Below are positions 9,935 through 20,436 of a stretch of 64,000 nt of DNA, piece by piece (the first letter of the stretch is position 1; the number at the start of each line of letters is the position of its first letter). Under the pieces are notes generated by a model. The model did no database searches. It saw nothing but the letters and a program-made list of their open reading frames with translations, and was not told the origin of the DNA. The stretch is from a virus (Duplodnaviria > Caudoviricetes). Both the position numbers and the translations under genes were made by a program. The DNA is taken from the IMG/VR virus record IMGVR_UViG_3300047557_002530. The stretch is one strand, 5' to 3'.

Positions 9935-12121
9935 ATGGCGACTCCTCAATTATCTCCCGGTGTACTTACTAGGGAAGTAGATTTAACAGTTGGGAGAGCT
10001 GAGAACGTATTAGATAATATTGGTGCTATCGCAGGACCTTTTGCGATTGGACCAGTAGAAGAAATTATTGACATCAGCACAGAACAAGATTTAGTCAATA
10101 ACTTCGGAAAACCAATCTCAACAGATGCTCAGTATGAGTACTGGATGAGTGCAGCATCATATCTTTCATATGGTGGTATTCTTAAAGTTGTAAGAACTGA
10201 TGGAAGCACTCTTAATAACGCAAACGCTGGCGTTGGAATTGCTTCAACAACTTCATTAAAGATCAAAAACTACGATAACTACAACTCTAGTTTTATTGAG
10301 GCTACCAACTTTACATATGCTGCAAAAACCCCAGGTAAATGGGCGAATAATCTAAAGGTTTGCACCATCGATGATTTAGCAGACCAAAGAGTTGCTATCA
10401 CCACTACTAATCCTGGCGCACTAGGTGCTGTTATTGGATATGGCGTAACTACAGCGATTACTAACGTTGTTTTACCTGGTGCAGGCACAACCTCACTCTT
10501 CAATGGTTATTTGAAGGGTATCATTACTGGTATTACCACTGATGCTACTAATTCAAATAGCACTATTGATATTAAAGTACTTTCAAGAGTCTCTGCCGCA
10601 GGAACTGAAACCCCAGTTACTTATGCACAGGGCAACTCAATTCAATCCTTTGAAGCAGCAGATACTCTTTATTTTGTAAACAACTCAGGTATTAATACTG
10701 GTTCTACTGCATCAGCGGTAACAGTAGTTGATTGGTACGATCAACAAACTCTTGGTCTTACAAACTCAATCATTTATTGGAAGTCTATTGCTCCCAAACC
10801 AGCATCAAACAACTATTCCGTCCAAAGAAACGGAAAGAATGATTCAATGCATATTGTTGTTGTTGATGACACTGGTTCTATTACCGGAATTCAAGGAAAT
10901 ATTCTTGAAAAGCACATCAGTGTTTCAAAAGCATCTGATTCTGTTTCCTCTGTAAATTCTCCACAGAAGATCTGGTATAAGAACTATCTTGCCAACTTCT
11001 CGCAATACATTTACGCAGGTTACAATCCATCACTTGCAAGAGACTCTCAGTGGGGATCCAATCCAGTTGCAACTGGATTCTCAAGTGGATTTACTCCATT
11101 TACCCTACCTCAAGGTCAGTGGGGACAAGCAGCACAAGGAGTAACTTTCAGTGCTATTGGAAACGTTGCCTATAACTTTGGTGGAGGAGTTGATTATTCT
11201 GCAAATGGCGGAATGTCCGCATCTCTTGGAGATCTTGTAAGTGCTTATGATCTATTCTCAAATAAAGATAGAGTTGCAGTTGATTTCTTAATTAATGGAC
11301 CAGGACTTGCAAATGAGTCTGATTCACAGGCAAAGGCAAACAAACTAATCTCACTTGCAGAAGGAAGAAAAGATTGCGTTGCTGTTGTTTCTCCTCATAG
11401 AGCAAATGTTGTTGACCTAACAAATGCAACAACTCAAACTAATAATGTAATCAGATTCTTCAGTGCTCTGTCCTCTTCATCTTATGCAGTTTTTGATAGT
11501 GGATATAAGTATACTTACGATAGATTCAACAATCTATTCAGATACATTCCTTGCAATGCTGATATTGCTGGATTGATGATGAGAACAAACATTAATTCTT
11601 ATCCTTGGTATTCACCTGCAGGTCAGCAAAGAGGTGTTCTGAATAATGCAATTAAACTTGCATATAATCCCTCCAAGGATCAAAGAGATCTACTTTATAC
11701 TGCAAGAGTTAATGCCATCACCAGTCAACCTGGAATTGGTATTTACCTCTTTGGCGATAAGACTGCTCTAGGATATGCATCTGCATTTGACAGAATCAAT
11801 GTTCGTCGTCTGTTCCTAACTATCGAACAAGCACTTGAGAAAGCATCTCAAGCACAACTCTTCGAACTCAACGATCAGATTACAAGAGCAAACTTTGTAA
11901 ATATCGTTGAACCTTATCTAAGAGATGTTCAAGCAAAGAGAGGTCTATATGACTTCCTGGTAATTTGTGATGAGACTAATAACACTCCTGATGTAATTGA
12001 TAATAATGAGTTTAGAGCTGACATCTTCCTGAAGCCAACAAAATCTATTAACTATGTAACTCTGACGTTCGTTGCTACCCGAACAGGCATTAGTTTTGAA
12101 GAAGTAGCAGGTAGAGTTTAA
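9935..12121 (+). CDS. gp18: tail sheath protein gp18
   Basis: SPGVLTREVDLT start, WYSPAGQQRG, FDRINVRRLFL, PTKSINYVTLTFVATRTG. Confidence 0.97.
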   Translation: MATPQLSPGVLTREVDLTVGRAENVLDNIGAIAGPFAIGPVEEIIDISTEQDLVNNFGKPISTDAQYEYWMSAASYLSYGGILKVVRTDGSTLNNANAGVGIASTTSLKIKNYDNYNSSFIEATNFTYAAKTPGKWANNLKVCTIDDLADQRVAITTTNPGALGAVIGYGVTTAITNVVLPGAGTTSLFNGYLKGIITGITTDATNSNSTIDIKVLSRVSAAGTETPVTYAQGNSIQSFEAADTLYFVNNSGINTGSTASAVTVVDWYDQQTLGLTNSIIYWKSIAPKPASNNYSVQRNGKNDSMHIVVVDDTGSITGIQGNILEKHISVSKASDSVSSVNSPQKIWYKNYLANFSQYIYAGYNPSLARDSQWGSNPVATGFSSGFTPFTLPQGQWGQAAQGVTFSAIGNVAYNFGGGVDYSANGGMSASLGDLVSAYDLFSNKDRVAVDFLINGPGLANESDSQAKANKLISLAEGRKDCVAVVSPHRANVVDLTNATTQTNNVIRFFSALSSSSYAVFDSGYKYTYDRFNNLFRYIPCNADIAGLMMRTNINSYPWYSPAGQQRGVLNNAIKLAYNPSKDQRDLLYTARVNAITSQPGIGIYLFGDKTALGYASAFDRINVRRLFLTIEQALEKASQAQLFELNDQITRANFVNIVEPYLRDVQAKRGLYDFLVICDETNNTPDVIDNNEFRADIFLKPTKSINYVTLTFVATRTGISFEEVAGRV

Positions 12122-12156
12122 TTAATTTTATAATAACCACATAGGAGGAACTAAAA

Positions 12157-12825
12157 ATGTCTAGTCTCAGAACAATCACAGGATTCAAAGAAAGACTTGC
12201 TGGTGGTGGTGCAAGACCCAATCTATTTGAGGTTGAAATCCCCTCTTTCCCAGCACCTATCACCAATCTATGGAAGGCAGGTGCCGGTCAAGAAATTGAC
12301 ACCTTCAAGTTCTTATGTAAAGCAGCTGCACTTCCAGCATCAAACGTTGCACCAATCGACGTTCCATTTAGAGGACGTATTTTAAAAGTTGCTGGAGACA
12401 GAACTTTTGATACCTGGACTATTACTATCATCAACGATGAAGATTTCAAACTGAGATCTGCATTTGAACTCTGGATGAACAGTATCAGCAAACTGGATAA
12501 TAACAGTGGTGCAACTAATCCAGGTTCTTATATGACTGATGCTTATGTTCATCAACTTGGAAGAGGATATAATGCTCCATCCCTTAATAATGGCAGATTC
12601 TCTACCAAAAACAATGGTGGAAATGACGCAACAGTAGAAACTAACATCACTCCACTAAGAACTTATAAGTTCCATAGCATTTTCCCAACAAATGTTAGTG
12701 CGATTGATCTTTCATATGATTCTTCGGATACTATTGAAGAGTACAGCGTAGAATTCCAAGTTCAATACTGGACTGCAGGAAAAGGTGCGAATAAAAATGA
12801 CGCAACCAACACTTTGATTAGTTGA
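12157..12825 (+). CDS. gp19: tail tube protein gp19
   Basis: GGGARPNLFEV, VPFRGRILKVAGDRTFDTW, FPTNVSAIDLSYD. Confidence 0.96.
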   Translation: MSSLRTITGFKERLAGGGARPNLFEVEIPSFPAPITNLWKAGAGQEIDTFKFLCKAAALPASNVAPIDVPFRGRILKVAGDRTFDTWTITIINDEDFKLRSAFELWMNSISKLDNNSGATNPGSYMTDAYVHQLGRGYNAPSLNNGRFSTKNNGGNDATVETNITPLRTYKFHSIFPTNVSAIDLSYDSSDTIEEYSVEFQVQYWTAGKGANKNDATNTLIS

Positions 12826-12860
12826 TAAATATTAGAATAAAGACTAATCAAATATAAATT

Positions 12861-14549
12861 ATGACAAGATTATTTGGATTCTCTATTGAGGATAACGAAC
12901 CACTATCTCCAACTACGGTCAGTCCTGTTCCTCCTAATAATGAGGACTCTTCTGACCATTATTTGAGTAGTGGTTTTTTTGGTTCCTATGTTGATATTGA
13001 AGGAGTCTACAGAACAGAATTTGATCTTATTAAAAGATATCGTGAAATGGCACTGCACCCAGAGTGTGATAGTGCCATTGAAGATATTGTAAACGAAGCA
13101 ATCGTATCAGACACAAATGATACGCCAGTAGAAATCGAACTTTCAAACCTTAATGCCAGTGACGGCATTAAGAAAAAAATTAGACAAGAATTTAAATATA
13201 TTCTTTCACTTTTAGATTTCGATAAAAAGTCTCACGAAATTTATAGAAACTGGTATATCGACGGAAGAATTTATTATCACAAAGTAATTGACCTCAAGAG
13301 CCCTCATGAGGGAATTCAAGAGTTGCGTTACATAGATCCAATGAAGATGAGATATGTGAGGCAGCAAAAGAAAAGTAGCAAAGACAAATATAGAGTAGCA
13401 AATATAAATGTAGATAATCCCATGGATTTTGAATTTCCTCAAATTGAGGAATATTTTATTTACAATCCAAAGTCAACTTATCCTGCAGGTAGTCCCTCAT
13501 CTATGGGTGGATCTGCAGGTATCAAAATGGCAAGAGACTCTATTACTTATTGCACTTCTGGACTTGTAGATAGAAATAAAGGGTCAACTCTTTCATATCT
13601 ACATAAAGCAATTAAGTCACTCAACCAGCTAAGAATGATTGAGGACTCTCTTGTTATCTATAGATTATCTCGTGCTCCTGAGCGTCGTATTTTCTACATT
13701 GATGTAGGTAATCTCCCAAAGGTAAAGGCAGAACAATATCTTCGCGATGTTATGATGCGCTATCGTAACAAACTTGTATATGATGCAAACACTGGCGAAA
13801 TTCGTGATGATAAAAAGTTTATGGCGATGCTTGAAGATTTCTGGTTGCCAAGAAGGGAAGGTGGTAGAGGAACTGAAATCTCAACACTTCCAGGCGGACA
13901 GAATCTTGGAGAAATCACAGACATTGAGTACTTCAAGAAAAAACTTTATCGTTCATTGAATGTTCCCCCATCAAGAATGGACGGAGAAGGTGGATTTAAT
14001 CTTGGTCGTTCTTCAGAAATCTTGAGAGATGAAGTTAAGTTCAGTAAATTCGTATCTCGTCTGAGAAAGAGATTCTCTTATATGTTCCATGATATGCTTA
14101 AGACTCAACTGATTCTTAAAAATATCATCACCCCAGAAGACTGGGATATTATGCAAGAGCATATCCAATATGATTTCTTATATGATAATCACTTTGCTGA
14201 ACTTAAGGATGCAGAACTTCTCAACGAAAGATTGAATATGGTTCAAGTTGCAGAACCTTATATTGGAAAATATTTCTCCCAGGACTATGTAAGACGTAAG
14301 ATTCTTCGCCAAACTGACGAAGAGATTGTCGAGCAAGATAAGATTATCAAAAAAGAAATTGAAGATGGTATTATTCCAGACCCTAATGTTCCCGTAGATC
14401 CTATGACAGGAATGCCTATGGAACCAGGAATGCAACCTGGAGCATCAGGAATGGATCTTGGACAACCAGTAATGGAACCAGAAATTAATGCTGCTCCAAC
14501 GGAACCAAACACAAAAGCAGTAGAAATGCCCAAGGGTGGGGAAATATAA
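12861..14549 (+). CDS. gp20: portal vertex protein gp20
   Basis: IYRLSRAPERRIFYIDVGNLPK, EDFWLPRREGGRGTEISTLPGG. Confidence 0.97.
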   Translation: MTRLFGFSIEDNEPLSPTTVSPVPPNNEDSSDHYLSSGFFGSYVDIEGVYRTEFDLIKRYREMALHPECDSAIEDIVNEAIVSDTNDTPVEIELSNLNASDGIKKKIRQEFKYILSLLDFDKKSHEIYRNWYIDGRIYYHKVIDLKSPHEGIQELRYIDPMKMRYVRQQKKSSKDKYRVANINVDNPMDFEFPQIEEYFIYNPKSTYPAGSPSSMGGSAGIKMARDSITYCTSGLVDRNKGSTLSYLHKAIKSLNQLRMIEDSLVIYRLSRAPERRIFYIDVGNLPKVKAEQYLRDVMMRYRNKLVYDANTGEIRDDKKFMAMLEDFWLPRREGGRGTEISTLPGGQNLGEITDIEYFKKKLYRSLNVPPSRMDGEGGFNLGRSSEILRDEVKFSKFVSRLRKRFSYMFHDMLKTQLILKNIITPEDWDIMQEHIQYDFLYDNHFAELKDAELLNERLNMVQVAEPYIGKYFSQDYVRRKILRQTDEEIVEQDKIIKKEIEDGIIPDPNVPVDPMTGMPMEPGMQPGASGMDLGQPVMEPEINAAPTEPNTKAVEMPKGGEI

Positions 14550-14577
14550 ATAAAAAAGATTATTGACAGGTATTAAA

Positions 14578-14739
14578 ATGGATGATCTTTTAGATATGAT
14601 TGCTGCTGACGAATCACCTTCGCAGATTAGTGATAAGATTAAAGAACTTCTTTTTGCAAAATCCGCAGAAAAAATTGATGAGTTTCGGCCAGCAGTAGCA
14701 AATGCAATGTTTAATAACGAAACAGAAGAGGAAGAATGA
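14578..14739 (+). CDS. 53-aa acidic protein, positional equivalent of prohead core gp67 (not in ORF track)
   Basis: Translated by hand: MDDLLDMIAADESPSQISDKIKELLFAKSAEKIDEFRPAVANAMFNNETEEEE. Follows TATAAATA at 14545. Confidence 0.75.
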   Translation: MDDLLDMIAADESPSQISDKIKELLFAKSAEKIDEFRPAVANAMFNNETEEEE

Positions 14740-15056
14740 AGTCATTCAAACAATTCATCTCAGAATCAGTAAATATTTCCGGAGATTTTAACGGAAATCT
14801 TTACATCAATTCTTCTGAACCAGAACCACAACAGGTTGGTGAAGAATATGTTGCGGATGTTTTGTGGAATGGGAGTCTTTATAGAATGGAACTCGTATCA
14901 AATACTGGAGTTCCATCAAAACAATCTTTAGGTGAAGAATTGCAAGCAGAATATCCAGGAGCAATTGTTCACCAGATTTATCCAGTAATGGAAAAGAATA
15001 TTAACATTAAAAATACGCAAAGATATCACCCATCAAAATTAGAATGGATTGATTGA
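14736..15056 (+). CDS. putative internal head protein with capsid-targeting-like N-terminus
   Basis: Starts MKSFKQFISE; lies in the head gene cluster. Confidence 0.7.
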   Translation: MKSFKQFISESVNISGDFNGNLYINSSEPEPQQVGEEYVADVLWNGSLYRMELVSNTGVPSKQSLGEELQAEYPGAIVHQIYPVMEKNINIKNTQRYHPSKLEWID

Positions 15057-15059
15057 TTT

Positions 15060-16385
15060 ATGGCTCAGTGGAATATAACAACCCAAGATTACTTAAATCA
15101 AGAAAGAAGTCTTTTTGAGGTTAATGGTGTTGCAACAAGAGATGGAAAAATTGTAGATGAGTACAATAGATTTCCAGTTAGCATAAATTCTGATGCTTTT
15201 GGAAGAACAAGAGTATCAAATCCATTAACACTTTTTGATTCTTCTCACCGATATAGAGATAATAATCTGTGGGATAGTTTAGTCATAGGAACTGGTTCTA
15301 CTGTTGGATTTGCAACAACAGCAGGTTTAGTTAATATGACTGTAGGTGTTGGAAGTACCGCATCAGTTATTAGAGAAACTACAAAAGTATTTTCATATCA
15401 ACCAGGAAAATCCTTGTTGACTATGAATACCTTTATATTGAATCCACCAAAAGAAAATCTAAGGCAAAGAGTTGGGTATTTTGGTGCTGATAATGGAATA
15501 TATTTTGAGGTTGATGGAACCACTGCATATTTTGTAGAGAGAAGTTTATCATTAGGAACAGAGACAAGAGTTTCTCAGTCAAACTGGAATATTGATAAGT
15601 TAGACGGAACAGGTGTTTCTGGAATTACATTAGATTTAACTAAGGCACAAATCCTTTGGATGGATATTGAGTGGTTAGGACTTGGAAATGTAAGACTTGG
15701 ATTTATAATTGATGGAAAGTTTATTCACGCACATACTTTCCAACACGCAAATATAATTCAATCAACCTATATTACAACAGCATCACTTCCATTGAGGTAT
15801 GAGATTAGCAACACTGGAATTACAACCAGTGCAAGTACGTTAAAGCAGGTTTGCTCCACAGTAATTTCTGAAGGTGGTTATGAACTTCGTGGATTACAGC
15901 AAGCAATTTCAACACCGATTATTACACCAGTAGACTTACCAACTCCTAGAGGAACATATTACCCTGTTATTTCTATTCGATTAAAAGCACCAGTTAATGG
16001 GCAACCGGATAGATTGGATGCAATTGTTATTATGACCGCACTATCACTTATGGGGACTGGAAATGGTCCTCAATATAACTGGCAGATAAGAGCAAGTGCA
16101 ACCACATCGGGAGGAATTTGGGTGAGTGCCGGAGATGATTCTGCTGTTGAATATAAACTAGACGGTGGAACTGTTAGCGGTGGAAGAGTTCTGGCATCTG
16201 GATTCCTTACTTCAGCAAACCAATCATCACAATCAGTAGATATTCTAAAGGAAGCACTCTTTAAGTTTCAGTTAGAAAGAAACGGTTTAACTAAAACTCC
16301 ATATGAACTAACTTTAGTTGCTGCATCTGATACTGCAGGTGCTGATATCTTTGCTTCTATGGATTGGGAAGAAATTAGTAGGTAA
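15060..16385 (+). CDS. putative virion structural protein
   Basis: 441-aa beta-rich protein in the head module. Confidence 0.65.
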   Translation: MAQWNITTQDYLNQERSLFEVNGVATRDGKIVDEYNRFPVSINSDAFGRTRVSNPLTLFDSSHRYRDNNLWDSLVIGTGSTVGFATTAGLVNMTVGVGSTASVIRETTKVFSYQPGKSLLTMNTFILNPPKENLRQRVGYFGADNGIYFEVDGTTAYFVERSLSLGTETRVSQSNWNIDKLDGTGVSGITLDLTKAQILWMDIEWLGLGNVRLGFIIDGKFIHAHTFQHANIIQSTYITTASLPLRYEISNTGITTSASTLKQVCSTVISEGGYELRGLQQAISTPIITPVDLPTPRGTYYPVISIRLKAPVNGQPDRLDAIVIMTALSLMGTGNGPQYNWQIRASATTSGGIWVSAGDDSAVEYKLDGGTVSGGRVLASGFLTSANQSSQSVDILKEALFKFQLERNGLTKTPYELTLVAASDTAGADIFASMDWEEISR

Positions 16386-16442
16386 TTATTTAACCTTAAC
16401 TTGATTAAATAATAAATAAATAAAAGTGTATTATTAAAAATA

Positions 16443-16997
16443 ATGGCTCATAGACCAATTGGTGCTGGAGCTTCATTTGCATTTTCTGCAGGTGCTGCGT
16501 CCACATCCTCAGCATTTTCAGTTCAATCTAATGTATTAAGAGTAGTTGCCGTTGGTGCAGCTGCTCATGTTGCTATTGGTACTGGATCAGCAGCATCGGT
16601 AACGGATTATTATATTCCATCAGGTCAATCAGTAACTCTTGGTCTTACCAAGGCTTCTAATAGAGTTGTTGGAATTACGACAGGTACAACTACAACAGTA
16701 ATAGTACCAGAGGGAACTCAAGTTCCATTTGGTGTTGGTGACTTTGTTTCGATATCGGCAACTGGTCAACCATATTATGATATTTCTCACGCAGCAGTTC
16801 TTTCAGTAAATACCATTACGAGTTTTGATGGGTATCATCAGACAAGAATGGTGATTGATTATAACTCTTCTGGAATATCAACTACCTTTGGCGCTTCATA
16901 TGCAGATGTGAAACTATCACAAAAAATCTCTGCATATGGTGCTGGCGGTGCAGGAGTTCTTTATTACCAACAAGTACAAATCACAGGTCAAGCATAA
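16443..16997 (+). CDS. putative virion structural protein
   Basis: 184-aa Ala/Gly/Thr-rich ORF behind tandem TAAATA late promoters, overlaps gp21 start. Confidence 0.65.
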   Translation: MAHRPIGAGASFAFSAGAASTSSAFSVQSNVLRVVAVGAAAHVAIGTGSAASVTDYYIPSGQSVTLGLTKASNRVVGITTGTTTTVIVPEGTQVPFGVGDFVSISATGQPYYDISHAAVLSVNTITSFDGYHQTRMVIDYNSSGISTTFGASYADVKLSQKISAYGAGGAGVLYYQQVQITGQA

Positions 16998-17647
16998 TGA
17001 AACTTATTACCGAAGAAATCGAATCAGTAGAAGTCCTTACCGAAACGGTCAACGGTAAGAAGACTCTTTATATTCAAGGACCTTTCTTACAAACAGAAAA
17101 AACAAACCGTAACAATAGACGTTATGGACGTGTTGTAATGGAAAGAGAGGTAAAGCGTTATACCGAGCAATATATTTGCAAAGGTCGTGCTCTTGGAGAA
17201 CTTGGACACCCCGATGGACCAACTGTAAATTTGGATCGTGTTTCACATAAAATTATTTCACTTGAGCAAAGAGGAAATGATTTTATTGGAAAGGCACAAA
17301 TCCTTTCAACTCCTATGGGGAAAATCGTAGAATCACTCCTCAAAGATGGAGTTTGTCTCGGTGTTTCTTCTCGTGGTATTGGTTCAGTAAGACAACATCC
17401 AAGTGGATATATGGAAGTCGGTGAGGACTTCATGCTTGCAACTGCAGCAGATATCGTGGCTGACCCTTCCGCACCTGATGCATTTGTTCAAGGAATTATG
17501 GAAGGTAAAGAGTGGGTATGGGATGGAGGAATGCTTCGCGAAAAAATGGCGGAGCAAACTCAAAGAAGAATTAATACTCTGGTAGATGAAAAACTTCTAG
17601 GAGAGTATAAGTTAAGTTTATTCAATGAGTTCCTAAATTCATTGTAA
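16997..17647 (+). CDS. gp21: prohead protease gp21
   Basis: ALGELGHPDGPTVNLDRVSH, GVSSRGIGS, DIVADPSAPDAFV. Confidence 0.96.
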   Translation: MKLITEEIESVEVLTETVNGKKTLYIQGPFLQTEKTNRNNRRYGRVVMEREVKRYTEQYICKGRALGELGHPDGPTVNLDRVSHKIISLEQRGNDFIGKAQILSTPMGKIVESLLKDGVCLGVSSRGIGSVRQHPSGYMEVGEDFMLATAADIVADPSAPDAFVQGIMEGKEWVWDGGMLREKMAEQTQRRINTLVDEKLLGEYKLSLFNEFLNSL

Positions 17648-17703
17648 TTAATTAAATTATAAATAAATATAGTTTATAACGTAAGGTTAAACGGAGAGTT
17701 CAA

Positions 17704-18876
17704 ATGTCTCGTGGAGATTTACAAGAAATGGAAGTAGGCACTAAGCAATCCAGAACCGCTGTTAATGCTAATGCCAAAGCAGCGGATGCGATGCCACACC
17801 TATCTGGGTCAACCCCAGGACAAACTGGTGGTTGGGAAGATCTCGGTGGTCCTGATCCTACCAATTATCGCCCCACCGATGATTCAGCAAAAATCAAAAC
17901 ACCTGGACAAACACTTAAGCAAGTTAAGGATGTTGTTAATAAAGGTGCCAAGGCTGCTGAAGCAATGAAGGGTGTTAAGGAAGATGAAGAGTTTGAGTAT
18001 GATGAAGACGAAGAACTTCTAGAATCTATGCACGAAGAAGACGACGAAGAAGAAGGTAGCAAGAAAAAAGGTAAAAAGAAAGGAAGTGACGAAGAGAACG
18101 AAGGTGACGAAGGTGACGAAGGTGACGAAGAAGATGATGAAATGAAAGAAGAGTTTAGCATCGAAGAAGATGTTAACGCTCTTCTAGATGGTGAAGATCT
18201 TTCTGAGGAATTTCAAGAGAAAGCACGCACCATCTTTGAAGCCGCTATTCGTTCAAAAGTTTATGAAATTCAAGAGTCTCTTGAGGAGCAATATGCAGTT
18301 GCTCTTCAAGAGGAAGTAGAAGAAATTAAGTCTGAACTTTCTGAGCGTGTTGACGCATACCTTGAGTATGTTTCTGGCGAGTGGATGGAAGAAAATGCGC
18401 TCGTCATCGAAAACGGTCTTAAGACCGAAATGACTGAATCATTCCTCCAAGGAATGAAGGGTCTTTTTGAAGATCATTATGTATCAATCCCTGAAGATAA
18501 ATATGATGTGCTTGAGAGCATGGTAGAAAAACTTGATGAAATGGAGACAAAACTCAACGAGCAAATTGAGAGAAATGTTTCCCTTAACAAGCGTCTCGCA
18601 GAGTCGGTTGCTGATGGAATCTTTGAACAGGTCTCTGATGGTCTTGCAGACACTCAGAAAGACAAGCTCGCTTCACTTGCCGAAAGTGTTGAGTTTGAAA
18701 GTGAAGAAGAATATCGTGAAAAACTGGAGACATTGAGGGAATCATATTTCCCATCAAGAGCAGTTTCTCCATCTGCAAGAACTGAAACTCTGTCTGAAGG
18801 TTTAGATAGTTCACCAGAAACTATTTCTGGTTCAATGGCTACCTATCTGAAGACTCTTTCAGCATTCCGCAAATAA
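17704..18876 (+). CDS. gp22: prohead core scaffolding protein gp22
   Basis: Acidic coiled coil, FQEKARTIFEAA, position between gp21 and gp23. Confidence 0.93.
   Translation: MSRGDLQEMEVGTKQSRTAVNANAKAADAMPHLSGSTPGQTGGWEDLGGPDPTNYRPTDDSAKIKTPGQTLKQVKDVVNKGAKAAEAMKGVKEDEEFEYDEDEELLESMHEEDDEEEGSKKKGKKKGSDEENEGDEGDEGDEEDDEMKEEFSIEEDVNALLDGEDLSEEFQEKARTIFEAAIRSKVYEIQESLEEQYAVALQEEVEEIKSELSERVDAYLEYVSGEWMEENALVIENGLKTEMTESFLQGMKGLFEDHYVSIPEDKYDVLESMVEKLDEMETKLNEQIERNVSLNKRLAESVADGIFEQVSDGLADTQKDKLASLAESVEFESEEEYREKLETLRESYFPSRAVSPSARTETLSEGLDSSPETISGSMATYLKTLSAFRK
18100..18126 (+). repeat. in-frame 9-nt tandem repeat (GAAGGTGAC)x3 encoding EGD
   Basis: Seen directly in the acidic linker of gp22. 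Confidence 0.85.
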
Positions 18877-18934
18877 TTGAATTTAATATAATTCAAACCC
18901 AAAAAACAAACACTTAGTAAAAGGTAAAAAGCAA

Positions 18935-20371
18935 ATGTTCCATTCCGAGCATCTGCAGGAAAAGTGGGCACCTCTCCTCAACTATGAGGGTCTTGATTCA
19001 ATCAAAGATTCTCATCGTAAAGCGGTAACCGCAGTCCTGCTCGAAAACCAAGAAAGATTTTTAAGAGAGCAATCTGCATTTGAGCACGGCTCAATGCAGA
19101 ACCTAATGGAATCACCAACCATGTCAGCTAATGCTGCTGGTGCTGGCGGTGGTTTCGGTGGTGGCGCTGGTCTTGCTGGTGGTCCTACCGCAGGTTTCGA
19201 TCCCGTACTGATCTCGCTGATCCGTCGTTCGATGCCTAATCTGATCGCTTATGACGTTGCTGGCGTTCAGCCAATGAGCGGTCCTACTGGACTCATCTTT
19301 GCGATGCGCTCCCAGTACTACAAAGAGGGTGCAAGAACTGAAGCATTCTATAACGAAGCTGATTCTGCATTCTCCGGTCAAGACTACGGTTTTGATGAAT
19401 CTGCTGGATTTACCGATGCTAACGTCGGTATGGGTACTACTACTCAATCAGGTAGCAACCCAAGCGTACTCAACCCAGTTGGAACCGCTACCTCAACGGC
19501 ATATAATGTCGGTCAGGGAATGGTTACCGGTGATGCAGAAAACCTTGACGGTACTGCTAACGATGCATTTAACCAGATGGCTTTCTCAATCGAGAAAGTC
19601 ACCGTTACTGCAAAGTCACGTGCTCTGAAGGCTGAGTACTCACTTGAGCTCGCTCAGGACCTCAAGGCAATCCACGGTCTGAATGCTGAAGCGGAACTCG
19701 CAAACATTCTCTCAACTGAGATTCTTGCTGAGATCAACCGCGAAGTTATTCGTACCATCTATAAGGTTGCAGAACAGGGTGCTGTACAAAATACCGCAAC
19801 TCCTGGTATCTTTGACCTAGACATCGACTCCAACGGTCGTTGGTCGGTTGAGAAGTTCAAGGGTCTTCTGTTCCAGATTGAGCGTGATGCTAACGCAATC
19901 GCTCAGAGAACTCGTCGTGGAAAGGGCAACATCATCCTCTGCTCTGCAGACGTTGCTTCCGCTCTAACCATGGCTGGCGTTCTGGATTATACCCCTGCAC
20001 TTAACGCTAACCTGTCTGTTGATGATACCGGCAATACTTTTGCTGGTACTCTGATGGGCAAATTCCGCGTTTACATTGACCCATATGCTGCTAACCTGAC
20101 TTCGGGTAACACCACCCCAGGCAACCAGTACTATGTTGTCGGTTATAAGGGTTCTTCACCTTATGACGCTGGACTCTTCTATTGTCCTTATGTTCCTCTC
20201 CAAATGGTTCGTGCCGTTGGTGAGAACAGCTTCCAGCCTAAGATTGGCTTTAAGACCCGTTACGGAATGGTTGCAAACCCATTCGCTGAGGGCACCAATC
20301 AGGGTCTCGGTCGCCTACAGACCAACCAGAACCGTTACTACAGACGTGTTGCTGTTAAGAACCTCATGTGA
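18935..20371 (+). CDS. gp23: major capsid protein gp23
   Basis: GVQPMSGPTGLIFAMR, KSRALKAEYSLELAQDLKAIHGL, FQPKIGFKTRYG. Confidence 0.98.
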   Translation: MFHSEHLQEKWAPLLNYEGLDSIKDSHRKAVTAVLLENQERFLREQSAFEHGSMQNLMESPTMSANAAGAGGGFGGGAGLAGGPTAGFDPVLISLIRRSMPNLIAYDVAGVQPMSGPTGLIFAMRSQYYKEGARTEAFYNEADSAFSGQDYGFDESAGFTDANVGMGTTTQSGSNPSVLNPVGTATSTAYNVGQGMVTGDAENLDGTANDAFNQMAFSIEKVTVTAKSRALKAEYSLELAQDLKAIHGLNAEAELANILSTEILAEINREVIRTIYKVAEQGAVQNTATPGIFDLDIDSNGRWSVEKFKGLLFQIERDANAIAQRTRRGKGNIILCSADVASALTMAGVLDYTPALNANLSVDDTGNTFAGTLMGKFRVYIDPYAANLTSGNTTPGNQYYVVGYKGSSPYDAGLFYCPYVPLQMVRAVGENSFQPKIGFKTRYGMVANPFAEGTNQGLGRLQTNQNRYYRRVAVKNLM

Positions 20372-20392
20372 TTTAAATCACAAAAGGTTTCT

Positions 20393-20418
20393 GGGACCCC
20401 AAAAGGGTCCCTTTTTTT
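20393..20418 (+). terminator. intrinsic terminator after gp23
   Basis: GGGACCC-caaaa-GGGTCCC stem followed by a T7 run. Confidence 0.9.
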
Positions 20419-20436
20419 ATCTAAATATTTAAAAAA

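Noticed and set aside
18100-18126. EGD tandem repeat as a phase-variation or diversity element
   Set aside because: In-frame 9-nt unit in a low-complexity acidic scaffold linker; ordinary slippage explains it
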